A stretch of DNA of 31,209 nucleotides, taken from positions 1 through 31,209 of the IMG/VR virus record IMGVR_UViG_3300020042_005655; one strand, given 5' to 3'. Source of the stretch: a virus. Lineage: Duplodnaviria > Caudoviricetes. A program made the translations under genes and the position numbers. Positions 1-10,108 of this stretch are shown in pieces. A model generated the notes under the pieces. It worked only from the letters and a program-made list of their open reading frames with translations. It did not search any database and was not told the origin of the DNA. The number at the start of each line of letters is the position of its first letter. Position 1 is the stretch's first letter.

Positions 1-2
1 CC

Positions 3-1268
3 GCTATCGCAGCCTTAGAAGTTCGCGTTAGCAACCTGTCAATTGTGGTATCCACCAACACAGCCGCTGTTACTTCCATCAACGCAGTCGTCTCGGCCCT
101 TGACATCCGCCTTACTGCCGTATCTGCATCCGTATCTGTCAATAGCGCAGCCATCACCTCCATCAACGCTGTCCTCTCCACTAAAGTCAACCGCGTCGGC
201 GACTTCATGGATGCCGTCCAATACATCGAGTTCGACACCTCTACTACCATTGCTACGTCAGTTGGGCGGTTACACTGGGACATCGAATACGGAACGCTTG
301 ACATTGGGTTGACAGGGGGCAACTCTAACTTACTTGTTGGCCAGCGCGAAGTAGCCTATGTCTACAACAACACAGCCGCTACTCTTTCGAAGGGTAAGGT
401 TGTCGAGGTCACAGGGGCTTCCGGCCAACGCCTTACAGTCAAGTTAGCCCAAGCTGACAGTGATGCCAATAGTGCCACAGTCCTAGGCATCATGCTTGAG
501 ACGGTCTCCGTCAACAATTCTGGCTATGTAGCTACTGATGGTATTGTACGCAACGTAAATACAAATGCTTTCACTGACGGTCAGATCGTCTATCTATCTC
601 CAGTTTCAGCCGGTGAACTGACCCCCACTAAGCCTATCGCACCCCAGCATCTAGTCTTAATTGGATATATTGTCAAGGGTGGCTCTGTCGGCGCGGGTTC
701 TATTTATGTCAAGCCCCAAAATGGCTACGAACTTGGCGAACTTCACGATGTCAAAACCTCCAGCAGCGCCTCCATTGCCAATAACGAAGTTATTGCCTGG
801 AATACAAGTGCCGGGGTCTTTACTAACTCCACCGTCCTGATCGACACGCAAGCATCCGTCAGCGCCCTTAACATCCAAGTCGCTGCCGTCAGCGCCGTTA
901 CCTCAGTCAACGCTGCTGCTATCACTTCTGTCAACAACGTCGTTTCTGCTCTAGAAATCCGCGTCAGTACTGTTTCGGCTCAAGCTTCGGCAATCCAGTC
1001 CCAAGTCAACGCAGTATCGGTTCTTGTGTCTACCCTTACTGTGCGCGTAGCTGCGGTATCAGCTTCTATATCGGCGCTTCAAGTCCAAGTTAACAACGTC
1101 TCGGCAGCCCTCACCTCTACCAACAACGTCGTATCGGTTCTTGAAATCCGAGTCAGTGCCGTATCCGCTACCGGCGTCACTAACTCCGCTGCTATCACAT
1201 CTATCAATGCGGTTCTCGTTTCGATCCTTGCCATCCTAACCAACACCAATTATCGCATCATCGAGTGA
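3..1268 (+). CDS. Virion fibre/decoration protein, 5'-truncated (Ser/Val/Ala coiled-coil repeats flanking a globular beta domain)
   Basis: The frame is open from base 3 (AIAALEVRVSNLSIVVSTNT...), so GTG45 is probably not the real start. ~28-aa repeats (AAITSINAVVSALEIRVSAVSA) flank a central domain (YNNTAATLSKGKVV...GQIVYLSP...GELTPTKP...ELGELHDV) resembling capsid-cement/fibre domains of aquatic phages. Confidence 0.7.
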   Translation, partial: AIAALEVRVSNLSIVVSTNTAAVTSINAVVSALDIRLTAVSASVSVNSAAITSINAVLSTKVNRVGDFMDAVQYIEFDTSTTIATSVGRLHWDIEYGTLDIGLTGGNSNLLVGQREVAYVYNNTAATLSKGKVVEVTGASGQRLTVKLAQADSDANSATVLGIMLETVSVNNSGYVATDGIVRNVNTNAFTDGQIVYLSPVSAGELTPTKPIAPQHLVLIGYIVKGGSVGAGSIYVKPQNGYELGELHDVKTSSSASIANNEVIAWNTSAGVFTNSTVLIDTQASVSALNIQVAAVSAVTSVNAAAITSVNNVVSALEIRVSTVSAQASAIQSQVNAVSVLVSTLTVRVAAVSASISALQVQVNNVSAALTSTNNVVSVLEIRVSAVSATGVTNSAAITSINAVLVSILAILTNTNYRIIE

Positions 1269-1284
1269 GCGAGTGAGAATCTAC

Positions 1285-1313
1285 TTGCGTACCTTTCTCA
1301 CCTAGGCTAGTAT
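1285..1313 (+). promoter_or_regulatory. Putative sigma70 promoter for the ATPase-terminase operon
   Basis: TTGCGT(1285-1290)-N17-TAGTAT(1308-1313) in an intergenic gap, with SD AAGGAG just upstream of ATG1338. Confidence 0.55.
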
Positions 1314-1337
1314 GCGCTTCTTAACAAGGAGCCTTAC

Positions 1338-2810
1338 ATGTCTGACAAAGTGAACCGCGTCCAACTTCTCAATGACGCAAAAGCCCAACTGACCCCGTGG
1401 ACCACCGAAGATGGGCGACTCTTCTTGGACTATACTGAACTTGGCGTTCGCCGTACCATGGCCATAGCCCCTGTCGGCAACTGTGACTTCCGTGGCTGGT
1501 TTTCTACCTTCTGCGTCGATCAAATCAGCCTGGTGCCTAACGGCGATCTTGTCAATTCCGCCCAAACCTACTTCGCGCACTGGACCCGCACTCGGGGTCC
1601 CAAACTCAAGGACTTCATTCGCGTAGGCGGGCGCATCGGCGAACTCTACATTGATACGGGCAACGACGCAAACGACGCTTGGCGCATCACACCGACCGGC
1701 ATCGAACTTGTGAAGGGTGGCCCTACCCACATCCGTATGCTGCGTGGTGCTGGCGTTCTGCCCCTGATCGAGCCTGACTTCGACGCACCCCCATCTGAGT
1801 TCCCGACCCTGCTTCGCAAGTACATCGCGTCCGACGACGACACCCTGATGTTGCTAACCGCCTGGCTTCTCGGCTGCCTGCGTCCGGAGGGCCCCTACCC
1901 TGTCCTGACCATCTCAGGCGAACAAGGCTCGGGCAAGTCCACCGTTCTGCGCCTGATGCGCCGCATTATTGACCCTCATGCCCTCGACATGCGTACTCCA
2001 CCTGAAGACCAACGCGACCTTCAGGCCATGGTACGCAACTCCTTCATCTTGGCTTTCGACAACGTATCCTACATTAGCAACAAGATGTCCGATGCCCTTT
2101 GCGTCATCAGCACCGGCACCGGGGCTCAAGGTGGTCGTGCCCTCTACACCAACGCCGAAGAGTCTGCCGTCCGCGTGTGTAGGCCCGTGGCCATGAACGG
2201 TATCCCTGACGTAGTCGAGCGTGGTGACTTGGTGGATCGCTCCATCCACGTTCACCTGCCCCGCATTGACCCGCGCCTACGCCGTGATGATTCTGAATAC
2301 TGGGACAACTTCCACATCGACCATCCACGACTACTAGGCTCCCTGATGAATGCAGCATTGAAAGCTGTGCAAAACTATGGTAATGTAGTCTTAGCTGAAA
2401 AGCCACGCATGTCTGCATTCGCAGTGTGGGCCGTTGCCGCCGAGGAAGCTTTTGGCTGGGTGCCGGGTCGTCTTATGGAAGTCTATAAGAATAACCGCTC
2501 CGCCGCTGAAAGCCAAATGCTTGAATTTAACGGCATGGCATCTGCTCTGATACGCATGATGGCAAAACAAAAGGAGTTCTCAGGAACCTATTCGGATTTG
2601 ATTGGACAGTTGGAAATGAACATCGGCCCCCGCGAGCGCCTACCTCAGACCTCCCACAGCTTTGCTGCGGAACTCAAGCGTATTCGCCCGGCCCTAGAAC
2701 GTCAAGGTCTGCGTATCTTCAATGCAGGTCGCTCTAGCGCCGCCGAACAGAAGGGTCGCTCGCGTATTTCCATCGTTCGTCAAGATGACGAGGAACCTGC
2801 ACCCACATGA
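1338..2810 (+). CDS. P-loop ATPase (primase/helicase-associated ATP-binding protein type)
   Basis: Strong SD; Walker A GEQGSGKST, Walker B-like ILAFDNV, RALYTN and DLVDRSI motifs; no N-terminal primase domain visible. Confidence 0.75.
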   Translation: MSDKVNRVQLLNDAKAQLTPWTTEDGRLFLDYTELGVRRTMAIAPVGNCDFRGWFSTFCVDQISLVPNGDLVNSAQTYFAHWTRTRGPKLKDFIRVGGRIGELYIDTGNDANDAWRITPTGIELVKGGPTHIRMLRGAGVLPLIEPDFDAPPSEFPTLLRKYIASDDDTLMLLTAWLLGCLRPEGPYPVLTISGEQGSGKSTVLRLMRRIIDPHALDMRTPPEDQRDLQAMVRNSFILAFDNVSYISNKMSDALCVISTGTGAQGGRALYTNAEESAVRVCRPVAMNGIPDVVERGDLVDRSIHVHLPRIDPRLRRDDSEYWDNFHIDHPRLLGSLMNAALKAVQNYGNVVLAEKPRMSAFAVWAVAAEEAFGWVPGRLMEVYKNNRSAAESQMLEFNGMASALIRMMAKQKEFSGTYSDLIGQLEMNIGPRERLPQTSHSFAAELKRIRPALERQGLRIFNAGRSSAAEQKGRSRISIVRQDDEEPAPT

Positions 2811-3523
2811 TCGACGAGCCATACGTTCCCAAAATCAGCACCAAGAAACTACCTGCATATTACGACACACTAAAGAAGACTGCGCGGGAACGTAATGGCA
2901 ACCCCCCTTCTCAAAAGGATCGAGTGGCCAAGCACAAGCGCGAACTCAAAACCATGAACATCCACAAGCCTGGGCACGGTATTCGCGCTGAAAACGTCAA
3001 AGCTATCCGTAACCTGAAGGACCATCTGCGCGAAACGTGGCAAGCTTCTTGGGACAAGATCAACAAGATTAGAAAGCTAACCCCTAAGCAAGTTGAGTTC
3101 GCCCGTCAATATGCCCTGAATGGCCGTTCCAACAAATGTGGCGCCATGCGTCTTGCGGGTTACGATACCGTCAATCCCGCAGTCCTGCTGGCCATGGCTA
3201 ACAAGAATCTGGCCTTTCCACACTTCAATGACCTAGTCACTGCCTTCGAGATCGAGGAGAAAGCCCGTATGAAAATTAACGTAGAAGATGTCGTTCGCTG
3301 GTTCAACGACATTGCCACACAAGCCCTAGGCTCAGGCGACTTCACCAACGCCAACCGAGCCATGGAAAACCTCGCCAAGTACCTGGGCATGTTTGTCGAG
3401 AAGAAAGAAATCACGCACCGCACCATCCACTCTAAAGAGGAACTGGATACGCGCATTAGCGAACTGACCGCCATCCTCAAGGAAGCAGAGCCCGACATTG
3501 AGCGAAAACTCCGCATCCACTAA
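2807..3523 (+). CDS. terS: Terminase small subunit
   Basis: HTH-like LTPKQVEFARQY...AMRLAGY, then ANRAMENLAKYLGMFVEKKEI; lies directly upstream of terL; ATGA overlap with the ATPase. Confidence 0.75.
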   Translation: MIDEPYVPKISTKKLPAYYDTLKKTARERNGNPPSQKDRVAKHKRELKTMNIHKPGHGIRAENVKAIRNLKDHLRETWQASWDKINKIRKLTPKQVEFARQYALNGRSNKCGAMRLAGYDTVNPAVLLAMANKNLAFPHFNDLVTAFEIEEKARMKINVEDVVRWFNDIATQALGSGDFTNANRAMENLAKYLGMFVEKKEITHRTIHSKEELDTRISELTAILKEAEPDIERKLRIH

Positions 3524-5051
3524 AGACGAAAAGCTTCTCCAACTAAAGGCCGAACTGGCTGACGCCCTCCACCAAAAAGCGGTACTGGAGGCGCAAGAAG
3601 ACTTCTATGTGTTCGTCAAGCTCCTCGCCTCCCTAATGCTCGATGGGAACGAATACCGTGACGGGCGCCACATCGAAGCTATCGCCGCCACCCTTCAGGA
3701 AGTTGACAGGGGTCTTGTTGACCGCTTGATGCTGGCGCTACCGCCGGGTTCCATGAAGTCGGTCCTCCTGATGTTGTACACTGCATGGTGTCTGGGTCGT
3801 CACCCCAACTGGCGTATCATGTGGATTTCGCACACTACCGACAAAGCAGTGGAATGCTCGGGCCGAATCCGCGATCTCCTCCGTTCCACCGAATACCAAG
3901 AAATCTTCCCCGGTGTCCACATCCGCGACGACATGTCTGGCGTTACGGGCTGGAAGCTCGTGACAGGCGGGTCTTTTATGCCAGCCGGTGCGGGCAAGTC
4001 CATCGCCGGTTACCGCTTCAACTTGGGCATTCTTGATGACCCCCTCTCGGAACAAACTGCCAAATCTGACACTGAACGCGAGCGGGTCAACAACTGGTAT
4101 GGCCCCGGCTTCCGGTCTCGTAAGCTGCCTGATTCCCGTATCATCCTTGTCAATACGCGTTGGCACGTGCGTGATTTGAGCGGCTTCCTCCTAGACAAGT
4201 CCGCCCGCAATGCGCGCGTCGATCAGTGGGAACTCATAGCCATCCCAGCCATCCTTGACAAGCCTGCCGCCGACTACCTAATGCTACCAGAGAACGAAAG
4301 CTACTGGCCTGAGTTTATCACCATGGATGACCTTATCGCTACCCGCGAAGGTCTTAACAGGGGAGACTGGGGCGCCCTGTATATGCAGACCCCGACCGGC
4401 GAGGATGGCAACGTCTTCAACAAGGATGACTTTCAGGACTGGGATGAAGACGATCCGCCCGAATGTGACGAAATAATTCAGACCTTAGACACGGCCTTCT
4501 CCACCAAAGCCAAAGCTGACTACTCCGTCATTCAGACTTGGGGCATCTTCCACCTGACCTTCACGGACGAAAAAGGCTATGAATATCAGGAGCCTAACGC
4601 CATCCTCCTGAATCAAGTTAGGGGCCGTTGGTCCTTCCCCCAGCTCCGGGCAGCCGCCAAAGAGCAATACAGCATGTATAAGCCCGACCGTATAATCATC
4701 GAAAACAAAGCCTCCGGTCAGTCCCTCCTTCAAGACCTTAAGCTTAACGGCTTACCAGTATTGCCTTTCCAGCCGGATCGTGATAAAGTAGCACGTGCCC
4801 ATGCCGTCAGCGGCATCGTTGAGCGGCAGCGCGTTTGGCTACCCCTTGGCAAGAAGTTCGCAGCCGAACTCCTCCAAGAAGCCCTTGAGTTCCCAAAGGG
4901 CGCCCATGATGACGCGGTCGATTCTATGGTCATGGCGCTTCTGTACTTACGGCGCCGCTACCAATTAACCCAAGAGGCGGTCAGCACCCCCGACCCGGTA
5001 TCTCGCCGCCGTTCTTTCAAAAGCTATTGGAGCCAAGTGACCCATGTCTGA
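3498..5051 (+). CDS. terL: Terminase large subunit
   Basis: LPPGSMKS (Walker A), GILDDP (Walker B), TRWH, LYMQTP; nuclease motifs LDTAF, IENKASG, HDDAVDS. The TTG start is uncertain. Confidence 0.95.
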   Translation: MSENSASTKDEKLLQLKAELADALHQKAVLEAQEDFYVFVKLLASLMLDGNEYRDGRHIEAIAATLQEVDRGLVDRLMLALPPGSMKSVLLMLYTAWCLGRHPNWRIMWISHTTDKAVECSGRIRDLLRSTEYQEIFPGVHIRDDMSGVTGWKLVTGGSFMPAGAGKSIAGYRFNLGILDDPLSEQTAKSDTERERVNNWYGPGFRSRKLPDSRIILVNTRWHVRDLSGFLLDKSARNARVDQWELIAIPAILDKPAADYLMLPENESYWPEFITMDDLIATREGLNRGDWGALYMQTPTGEDGNVFNKDDFQDWDEDDPPECDEIIQTLDTAFSTKAKADYSVIQTWGIFHLTFTDEKGYEYQEPNAILLNQVRGRWSFPQLRAAAKEQYSMYKPDRIIIENKASGQSLLQDLKLNGLPVLPFQPDRDKVARAHAVSGIVERQRVWLPLGKKFAAELLQEALEFPKGAHDDAVDSMVMALLYLRRRYQLTQEAVSTPDPVSRRRSFKSYWSQVTHV

Positions 5052-7380
5052 TAATCTTGAAGAAGCCCCTGAAATGGAATTCGAGTTCTCTGAGGTAACC
5101 TTAGAACTAGAAGTCCCTGAAGAGGTGATCGAAGTCGACATGTCCTTTGGTGCCAACTTGGCCCTATCCATGGACGACGCCATTCTACGTGACATCGGCT
5201 CCGCTCGTCAAGATGCCCTCCAGAACTACAAGAACTCCCGCCAGCAGTGGGAAGAGAAGATCAAGCAGGGCATCCGCTACCTTGGCCTGAACACCACGGG
5301 CGAGGGCGTCACGGACGTCGAAGGTGCCTGTACGGCTGTCCATCCCCTTCTGATCGAGAACGTAGTCAAGTTCCAAGCCAAAGCCATTCAAGAACTCTGG
5401 CCTGCGAAAGGCCCTGTCCGCACCAAGGTCCGTGGCTACGTTGACGTAACCAGGGAGAACAGTGCCCTGCGTGTCCGCACCTACATGAACTACCAGCTTA
5501 CGGAGCAAATCCCCGGCTTCTATAGCGACCTTGAACGTAACCTGTTTCGCGTCGGCTTCATGGGTACTGGCATCCGTAAAGCTGGTTGGAATTCTTCGAC
5601 CGCAGCGCCTGACCCGACTATCGTCTACGCCGAAAACTTTTACATCGACCCTTCCGTCTCCCACTTGAAGGATGCCGAAGAATACATCGAGGTCATGGAA
5701 CTGTCCACGCGCAAGATGGACAACCTGGTCGCTTCCGACACCTTCCGCGAATTTACCGATAACGACGCTGAAGAAACCCTCGATACCAACGAAATTACCG
5801 AAGCCATCGCCAGCGCCCAAGGCTTCGACATGTCCCTTGAGCGCAAGGGCTTTACGGTCGGCGAGTCTCACTGTTACCTCGATTTGGAAGGAGACGACCC
5901 TCTGCTGCCCGAAGGCGGCTCCGCTCCTTACATCATTCACTTCAACGTCAAGACTGGCAACGTCTACTCTGTCCGCCGCAACTGGCGCGAAGAAGACCTG
6001 GCCATGACGAAACGCCTTTGGTACACTATCGACCAGTTCATCCCGGCCTTCGGCTTCTATTCCCTCGGTTACGTCCACCTAATCGGTGACCTTGCCGCCT
6101 CTACTTCTGCTGCGCTGCGCGCCCTAGTCGACTCCGGTCAATATGCTAACTGGACGGCGGGCTTCAAATCCCAAGACGCCAAGTTCGCCGAATCCGACAC
6201 TCCCCTCGGCTTCGGTGAGTTCCGCGACGTCAACCTGTCACCTGAAGAACTTCAGAAGGCGTTCCTCCCGCTTCCCACCAAGGAACCTAGCCAAACGCTC
6301 TTCAGCCTCATGAAGTATATGGTCGAGTCTGGTCAGAAGTTTGCTGACTCCGCTGACGAGGTCGTTGCCAATAGCACCAACTACGGCCCGGCGGCAACTA
6401 CCCTAGCTTTGCTTGAAGCTTCGCAGCGTTTCTACTCCTCGATCCATAAGCGCCTCCATCAGTCACAGGGCGAGTTCCTAAAGCTGATTGGGGAACTGAA
6501 CTTCGAGAACCTACCTGACACCATCAACTTCGTGGTGGGTGCCGAAAACCAATACGTTCAGCGCACCGACTTCAATCCCCAATTCGTTGACGTCATCCCG
6601 GCCTCTGACCCCAACGCTCTCACCGAGTCGCAGCGCGTAGCCAAAGCTCAGATTGAACTCAACACAGCTCAACAGTTCCCGCAGTTCCACGACATGCGCG
6701 AAGCCTTGCGCCGTTACTATGCTGCCCTGGGCGTCGAGTCCATCGACAAGCTTATGACGAACCCTGAAGCCCAGGCCATCAGCGCCGACCCCCTCACTGA
6801 AATTCAAGTGGCCATGAGCGGTAAGGCCATCAAGGCACAGTTAGGTCAGAACCATACAGCCCACATTGCTGTCAAGACCGCCTTCCTCCAAGCACCTCAG
6901 ATGCAGGGCGCTAACGACCAAACTATCGCGCTTGGTCAGCAGGTCCTTTCAGCCAACATCGCTGAACACAAGGTACTGATGTTTATTGCCCAAGCTATGC
7001 AACTCGCCCAGCAGATGGGCATGCCCATTCAGGACGAAAACGTCCAGGCCCAGATCGCTACCCAGCTTGTGCAAATCTCGGCGGCCAGCAATCCGCAAGC
7101 CCAGCAAGCTAACGTCGAGCAGCAAATGCTTCAACTGCAAGCTGCTGAACTTCAGATGGCTGGCGAACGTATCCAATCCCAAGATACCCGCGAGTCAGCC
7201 AAGCTTGCTCTGAAGAATCGCGAACTGGACTTAAAGGAAACCGACATGCTCCTCAAGGCCCAGAACCAACAGAAGCAAACCCAAATTGTAGCTACTGGGA
7301 AAATACTTGACAACTCAGCTAAATTAGCGGATATTCAAGCTCAAAGACTTGCAGAAAGAGCTAACAAGCCCCTCGCATGA
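5044..7380 (+). CDS. Portal protein (P22-like size, Gln-rich helical C-terminus)
   Basis: 778 aa directly after terL; HPLLIENVVKFQA, FIPAFGFYSLG and IHKRLH motifs; Q-rich coiled-coil tail. Confidence 0.88.
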   Translation: MSDNLEEAPEMEFEFSEVTLELEVPEEVIEVDMSFGANLALSMDDAILRDIGSARQDALQNYKNSRQQWEEKIKQGIRYLGLNTTGEGVTDVEGACTAVHPLLIENVVKFQAKAIQELWPAKGPVRTKVRGYVDVTRENSALRVRTYMNYQLTEQIPGFYSDLERNLFRVGFMGTGIRKAGWNSSTAAPDPTIVYAENFYIDPSVSHLKDAEEYIEVMELSTRKMDNLVASDTFREFTDNDAEETLDTNEITEAIASAQGFDMSLERKGFTVGESHCYLDLEGDDPLLPEGGSAPYIIHFNVKTGNVYSVRRNWREEDLAMTKRLWYTIDQFIPAFGFYSLGYVHLIGDLAASTSAALRALVDSGQYANWTAGFKSQDAKFAESDTPLGFGEFRDVNLSPEELQKAFLPLPTKEPSQTLFSLMKYMVESGQKFADSADEVVANSTNYGPAATTLALLEASQRFYSSIHKRLHQSQGEFLKLIGELNFENLPDTINFVVGAENQYVQRTDFNPQFVDVIPASDPNALTESQRVAKAQIELNTAQQFPQFHDMREALRRYYAALGVESIDKLMTNPEAQAISADPLTEIQVAMSGKAIKAQLGQNHTAHIAVKTAFLQAPQMQGANDQTIALGQQVLSANIAEHKVLMFIAQAMQLAQQMGMPIQDENVQAQIATQLVQISAASNPQAQQANVEQQMLQLQAAELQMAGERIQSQDTRESAKLALKNRELDLKETDMLLKAQNQQKQTQIVATGKILDNSAKLADIQAQRLAERANKPLA
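7307..7335 (+). promoter_or_regulatory. Possible internal sigma70 promoter in the 3' end of the portal gene
   Basis: TTGACA(7307-7312)-N17-GATATT(7330-7335) in a locally AT-rich stretch ~40 nt before ATG7377. Confidence 0.4.
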
Positions 7381-7568
7381 AACTACTATCAGATTACGTT
7401 GCCGAAGTCCAGAAGCATGTCGATCAAAAGAAAGACGCTTTAGCTAGGGGGTCAGCAACCTCCTATGACGAATACGCTCGCGCATGCGGCGTTATAAGCG
7501 GCTTGGGTCTTGCCGTCACCATCCTAAAAGACCTCTTCCAATCTACTCCCCCAGAGGAAAGGAACTAA
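7377..7568 (+). CDS. Small helical phage protein
   Basis: 63 aa; ATGA and TAATG coupling on both sides; LARG..SYDEY..CG.ISGL pattern typical of the small gene between portal and GroES in such phages. Confidence 0.75.
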   Translation: MKLLSDYVAEVQKHVDQKKDALARGSATSYDEYARACGVISGLGLAVTILKDLFQSTPPEERN

Positions 7569-7984
7569 TGCTTACTACCCACGCGCCCCTAGACGGGGCC
7601 ATTTCAAACGACCAGTGGATTTCGGCTGACGAAGTGTCAGACCCAACGCCACTGCCACGGATTCCCGGAGTGGGGATTCTTGTCCGACCTGTGCCTATTA
7701 GGCGCAAAACTGCGGGCGGTATCCTTCTTCCAGATTCATTCCGAGAAGACCGTGAGTATCTCAACACTGTGGGCCGCGTCCTTGCTTTGGGCGAACTCGC
7801 ATTCATTGACGAAGACATATACCGGAAAGGTCCTTGGGTCAAGCCCGGCGACCATATCGTGTACTCAAAACTTACAGGCCAGAAGATTTTTTGGAAGGGC
7901 GTGAAGCTCCTTCTAATCAAAGCTTCCAGCATCGAGCTTGTGGTCGATACCCCGGAATATCTCGACTCTAACTTCAAGGAATAA
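7568..7984 (+). CDS. groES: GroES/Cpn10-like co-chaperonin
   Basis: The start is most likely ATG7568 (TAATG overlap, GAGG/AAGG upstream). ILVRP...KTAGGILLPD mobile loop, GRVLALG, VKPGDHIVYSK, LLLI..SSI..VV. Confidence 0.88.
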   Translation: MLTTHAPLDGAISNDQWISADEVSDPTPLPRIPGVGILVRPVPIRRKTAGGILLPDSFREDREYLNTVGRVLALGELAFIDEDIYRKGPWVKPGDHIVYSKLTGQKIFWKGVKLLLIKASSIELVVDTPEYLDSNFKE

Positions 7985-7987
7985 ATC

Positions 7988-8989
7988 ATGTCCGAATCCG
8001 GCTATCAAGAAATCGACCTCGACAACCCAAGCAAAGCCGCAGCCGCTTCAGAAGCATCCGACATTGAGATTGTGGAAGAGTCTGTTGCTGAGTCTCCTCC
8101 AGAAGCTGTTCAGGCGCCCGCACCCGCAGCCGCTTCCACGCGCTCTGAAGATGACGAGTCTGACGACGAGAGTCCATCTGATTCCTCTTCCAGTGGTCCA
8201 AGGCGGCAGACACGAAGCCAGCGACTTAAGAACCAACGCGACATCTATGCCAGACAACTCACCGAAACGCAAGCCCGTCTTGCCGACGCCGAGAACCGGG
8301 CTCGTCGCTACGAAGCTGATGCCAACGAGGGAGCGGCCATTGGCTTCGACCTCTACGCCAAGCAGCTCGATACGGCTATGCAAGCCCTTCGCCGCGACTT
8401 CGATCAAGCCTTCGATTCTGGGGACCGCGAAAAGATTTTCGACGTCCAGCAGCGGATGTCCCAGATTACATCTGAACGATCACAAGTGGAAAGGGAACGC
8501 CGCTCAATCCCTACCAAGCCGGTTCAGCAATCTGGACCGGCAGCCCAGCCGCAGACCCGGCAGACACAGCCTCAGCAGCCTAGGCGTCAACCCAGCCCCG
8601 TTGCCATGGAGTGGTATAACCGCAACAAAAGCTGGTTCAACAAGGACGTTGTTATGACTGCCGGTGCCCGCGTTGTTGACCAACAAATGGTCCGCGACGG
8701 CTATACCCCTGAAGACCCTGACTATTTTGAAGAACTTGACAAGAGGCTCCAGCGGGAGTTCCCCCACAAGCTCGGTAGCCAGGCCCCGGCCCGTCAGCCA
8801 GCCAACAACCCTACCATCCAGAACAGGTCCACACCGGCACCTGCTTCCGGCAAAGTCCGCGTAATTATCACGCAGGCTGACCGGGAAATGGCCAATCACC
8901 TAGGGATTACCGTCGAACAGTATGCCCGCGAGAAGGTCAAGACCGAACGTGCCGCCCAGACCGTCAGTCAATATACGGAGATTCTATAA
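7988..8989 (+). CDS. Capsid scaffolding protein (putative)
   Basis: SD AAGGA; acidic disordered N-terminus, coiled-coil middle, W..RN.WF and YFEELDKRL motifs, C-terminal [20 protein letters not shown] helix; upstream of the capsid genes. Confidence 0.7.
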   Translation: MSESGYQEIDLDNPSKAAAASEASDIEIVEESVAESPPEAVQAPAPAAASTRSEDDESDDESPSDSSSSGPRRQTRSQRLKNQRDIYARQLTETQARLADAENRARRYEADANEGAAIGFDLYAKQLDTAMQALRRDFDQAFDSGDREKIFDVQQRMSQITSERSQVERERRSIPTKPVQQSGPAAQPQTRQTQPQQPRRQPSPVAMEWYNRNKSWFNKDVVMTAGARVVDQQMVRDGYTPEDPDYFEELDKRLQREFPHKLGSQAPARQPANNPTIQNRSTPAPASGKVRVIITQADREMANHLGITVEQYAREKVKTERAAQTVSQYTEIL

Positions 8990-9480
8990 TGAAAAACAAA
9001 CTCTTCGCGACCCCTAACAACGCCGTTGACGAAGCACTTGAAAATTCTCTGGAAACAGAGTATAATCCTCCCAATGCGCTAGAAATTCCCCCGATGCCCG
9101 ACGCAGACGCATTCGTCTATAGATGGATTCGCTTCCGGGTAGGGGACCAAGATGATTTCAACAACATCTCACAGCGTATGCGAGAAGGGTGGTCATTCGT
9201 TCCCATTGAGGATGTTCCCGATGGATACGTTTTCCCCGGTCTTGAAAGTAAGATTTCTGCTTTGGCAGGTTCAGCTATCAACGGAGACCTGGTCTTCGCA
9301 AAGCTACCTCGACGGAAAGCGGAAGCCATCCAAAAGTGGTCTGAAGATAGGGCCATTCAAGCGGAGCAGGCTTTCGATCTGAAGACAATTAGCTACGAAG
9401 ACAACATGGGCCGTAGGCAAAACTTTGTCAATGAAGGTTCAAAACGCTTTTCCAGAGGGCGACGTCCCTCATTTGGATAA
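8989..9480 (+). CDS. Conserved head-module hypothetical protein
   Basis: TAATG-coupled; YRWIR...N...MREGWSFV motif; between scaffold and capsid genes. Confidence 0.75.
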   Translation: MKNKLFATPNNAVDEALENSLETEYNPPNALEIPPMPDADAFVYRWIRFRVGDQDDFNNISQRMREGWSFVPIEDVPDGYVFPGLESKISALAGSAINGDLVFAKLPRRKAEAIQKWSEDRAIQAEQAFDLKTISYEDNMGRRQNFVNEGSKRFSRGRRPSFG

Positions 9481-9501
9481 CACAACGAAGGAGGATAGAA
9501 G

Positions 9502-10092
9502 GTGGCACAATCTTATGCCCCGTTCGGTCTTCGCGCAGTGGCGGCCCTTGGCACCCACGGCAACGAAGTCCGCGCTTATCCGCTTCCCAACGGCGCTAAC
9601 TGCCCTGACCTCGGTAAGGGGTCTCCGGTAAAGCTGTCGGGCGGCGTAATCACATCGGTTGGTACAGGTGGTGGCCCCCTGCTGGGTGTCGCTGCTGGCT
9701 TTGCGTGGATCGATCCGACCACGAAGCAGCCCCAACTTAAGAACTCAATCCCCGCAGATACGTCTTCGGCTGGCCTGTACGAAAGTTCCGACCGCCCGAC
9801 CGCCTACATCGTGGACAATCCCTTCGCGCTCTTCATCATTCAGGCTGACGCTTCCGTTACGGCGGGCGACCTCGGCTTGAATTTTGATGTGACCGCATCG
9901 GGCGGCGATGTTAACTCGGTGTACGGTACGTCCCAGTATACGCTGGATGCGTCCACCCGTACTTCCGCTGTAGGCACGGCGCTGAAGCTTGTGGGTCTGG
10001 CCAACATTGTCGACAACAACTGGGGCGATCCGTTCCCGATTGTGGTTGTGAAGTTGAATGGTCCGATCCTCCAGCAAGTTTCTGCGGCCTAA
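9502..10092 (+). CDS. Capsid-associated (decoration/minor capsid) protein
   Basis: GTG start with AAGGAGG SD; Gly/Ala/Thr-rich beta protein (APFGLR...DNPFALFIIQAD) immediately before the major capsid gene. Confidence 0.65.
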   Translation: MAQSYAPFGLRAVAALGTHGNEVRAYPLPNGANCPDLGKGSPVKLSGGVITSVGTGGGPLLGVAAGFAWIDPTTKQPQLKNSIPADTSSAGLYESSDRPTAYIVDNPFALFIIQADASVTAGDLGLNFDVTASGGDVNSVYGTSQYTLDASTRTSAVGTALKLVGLANIVDNNWGDPFPIVVVKLNGPILQQVSAA

Positions 10093-10108
10093 TAGGAGGA
10101 CCTGAACA

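Noticed and set aside
5185-6078. 297-aa minus-strand ORF, and similar ones at 27341..28264, 23077..23841, 21741..22412, 17023..17661 and 9911..10558
   Set aside because: Antisense shadows of well-supported + strand genes with biased codon usage; no SD or recognisable motifs.
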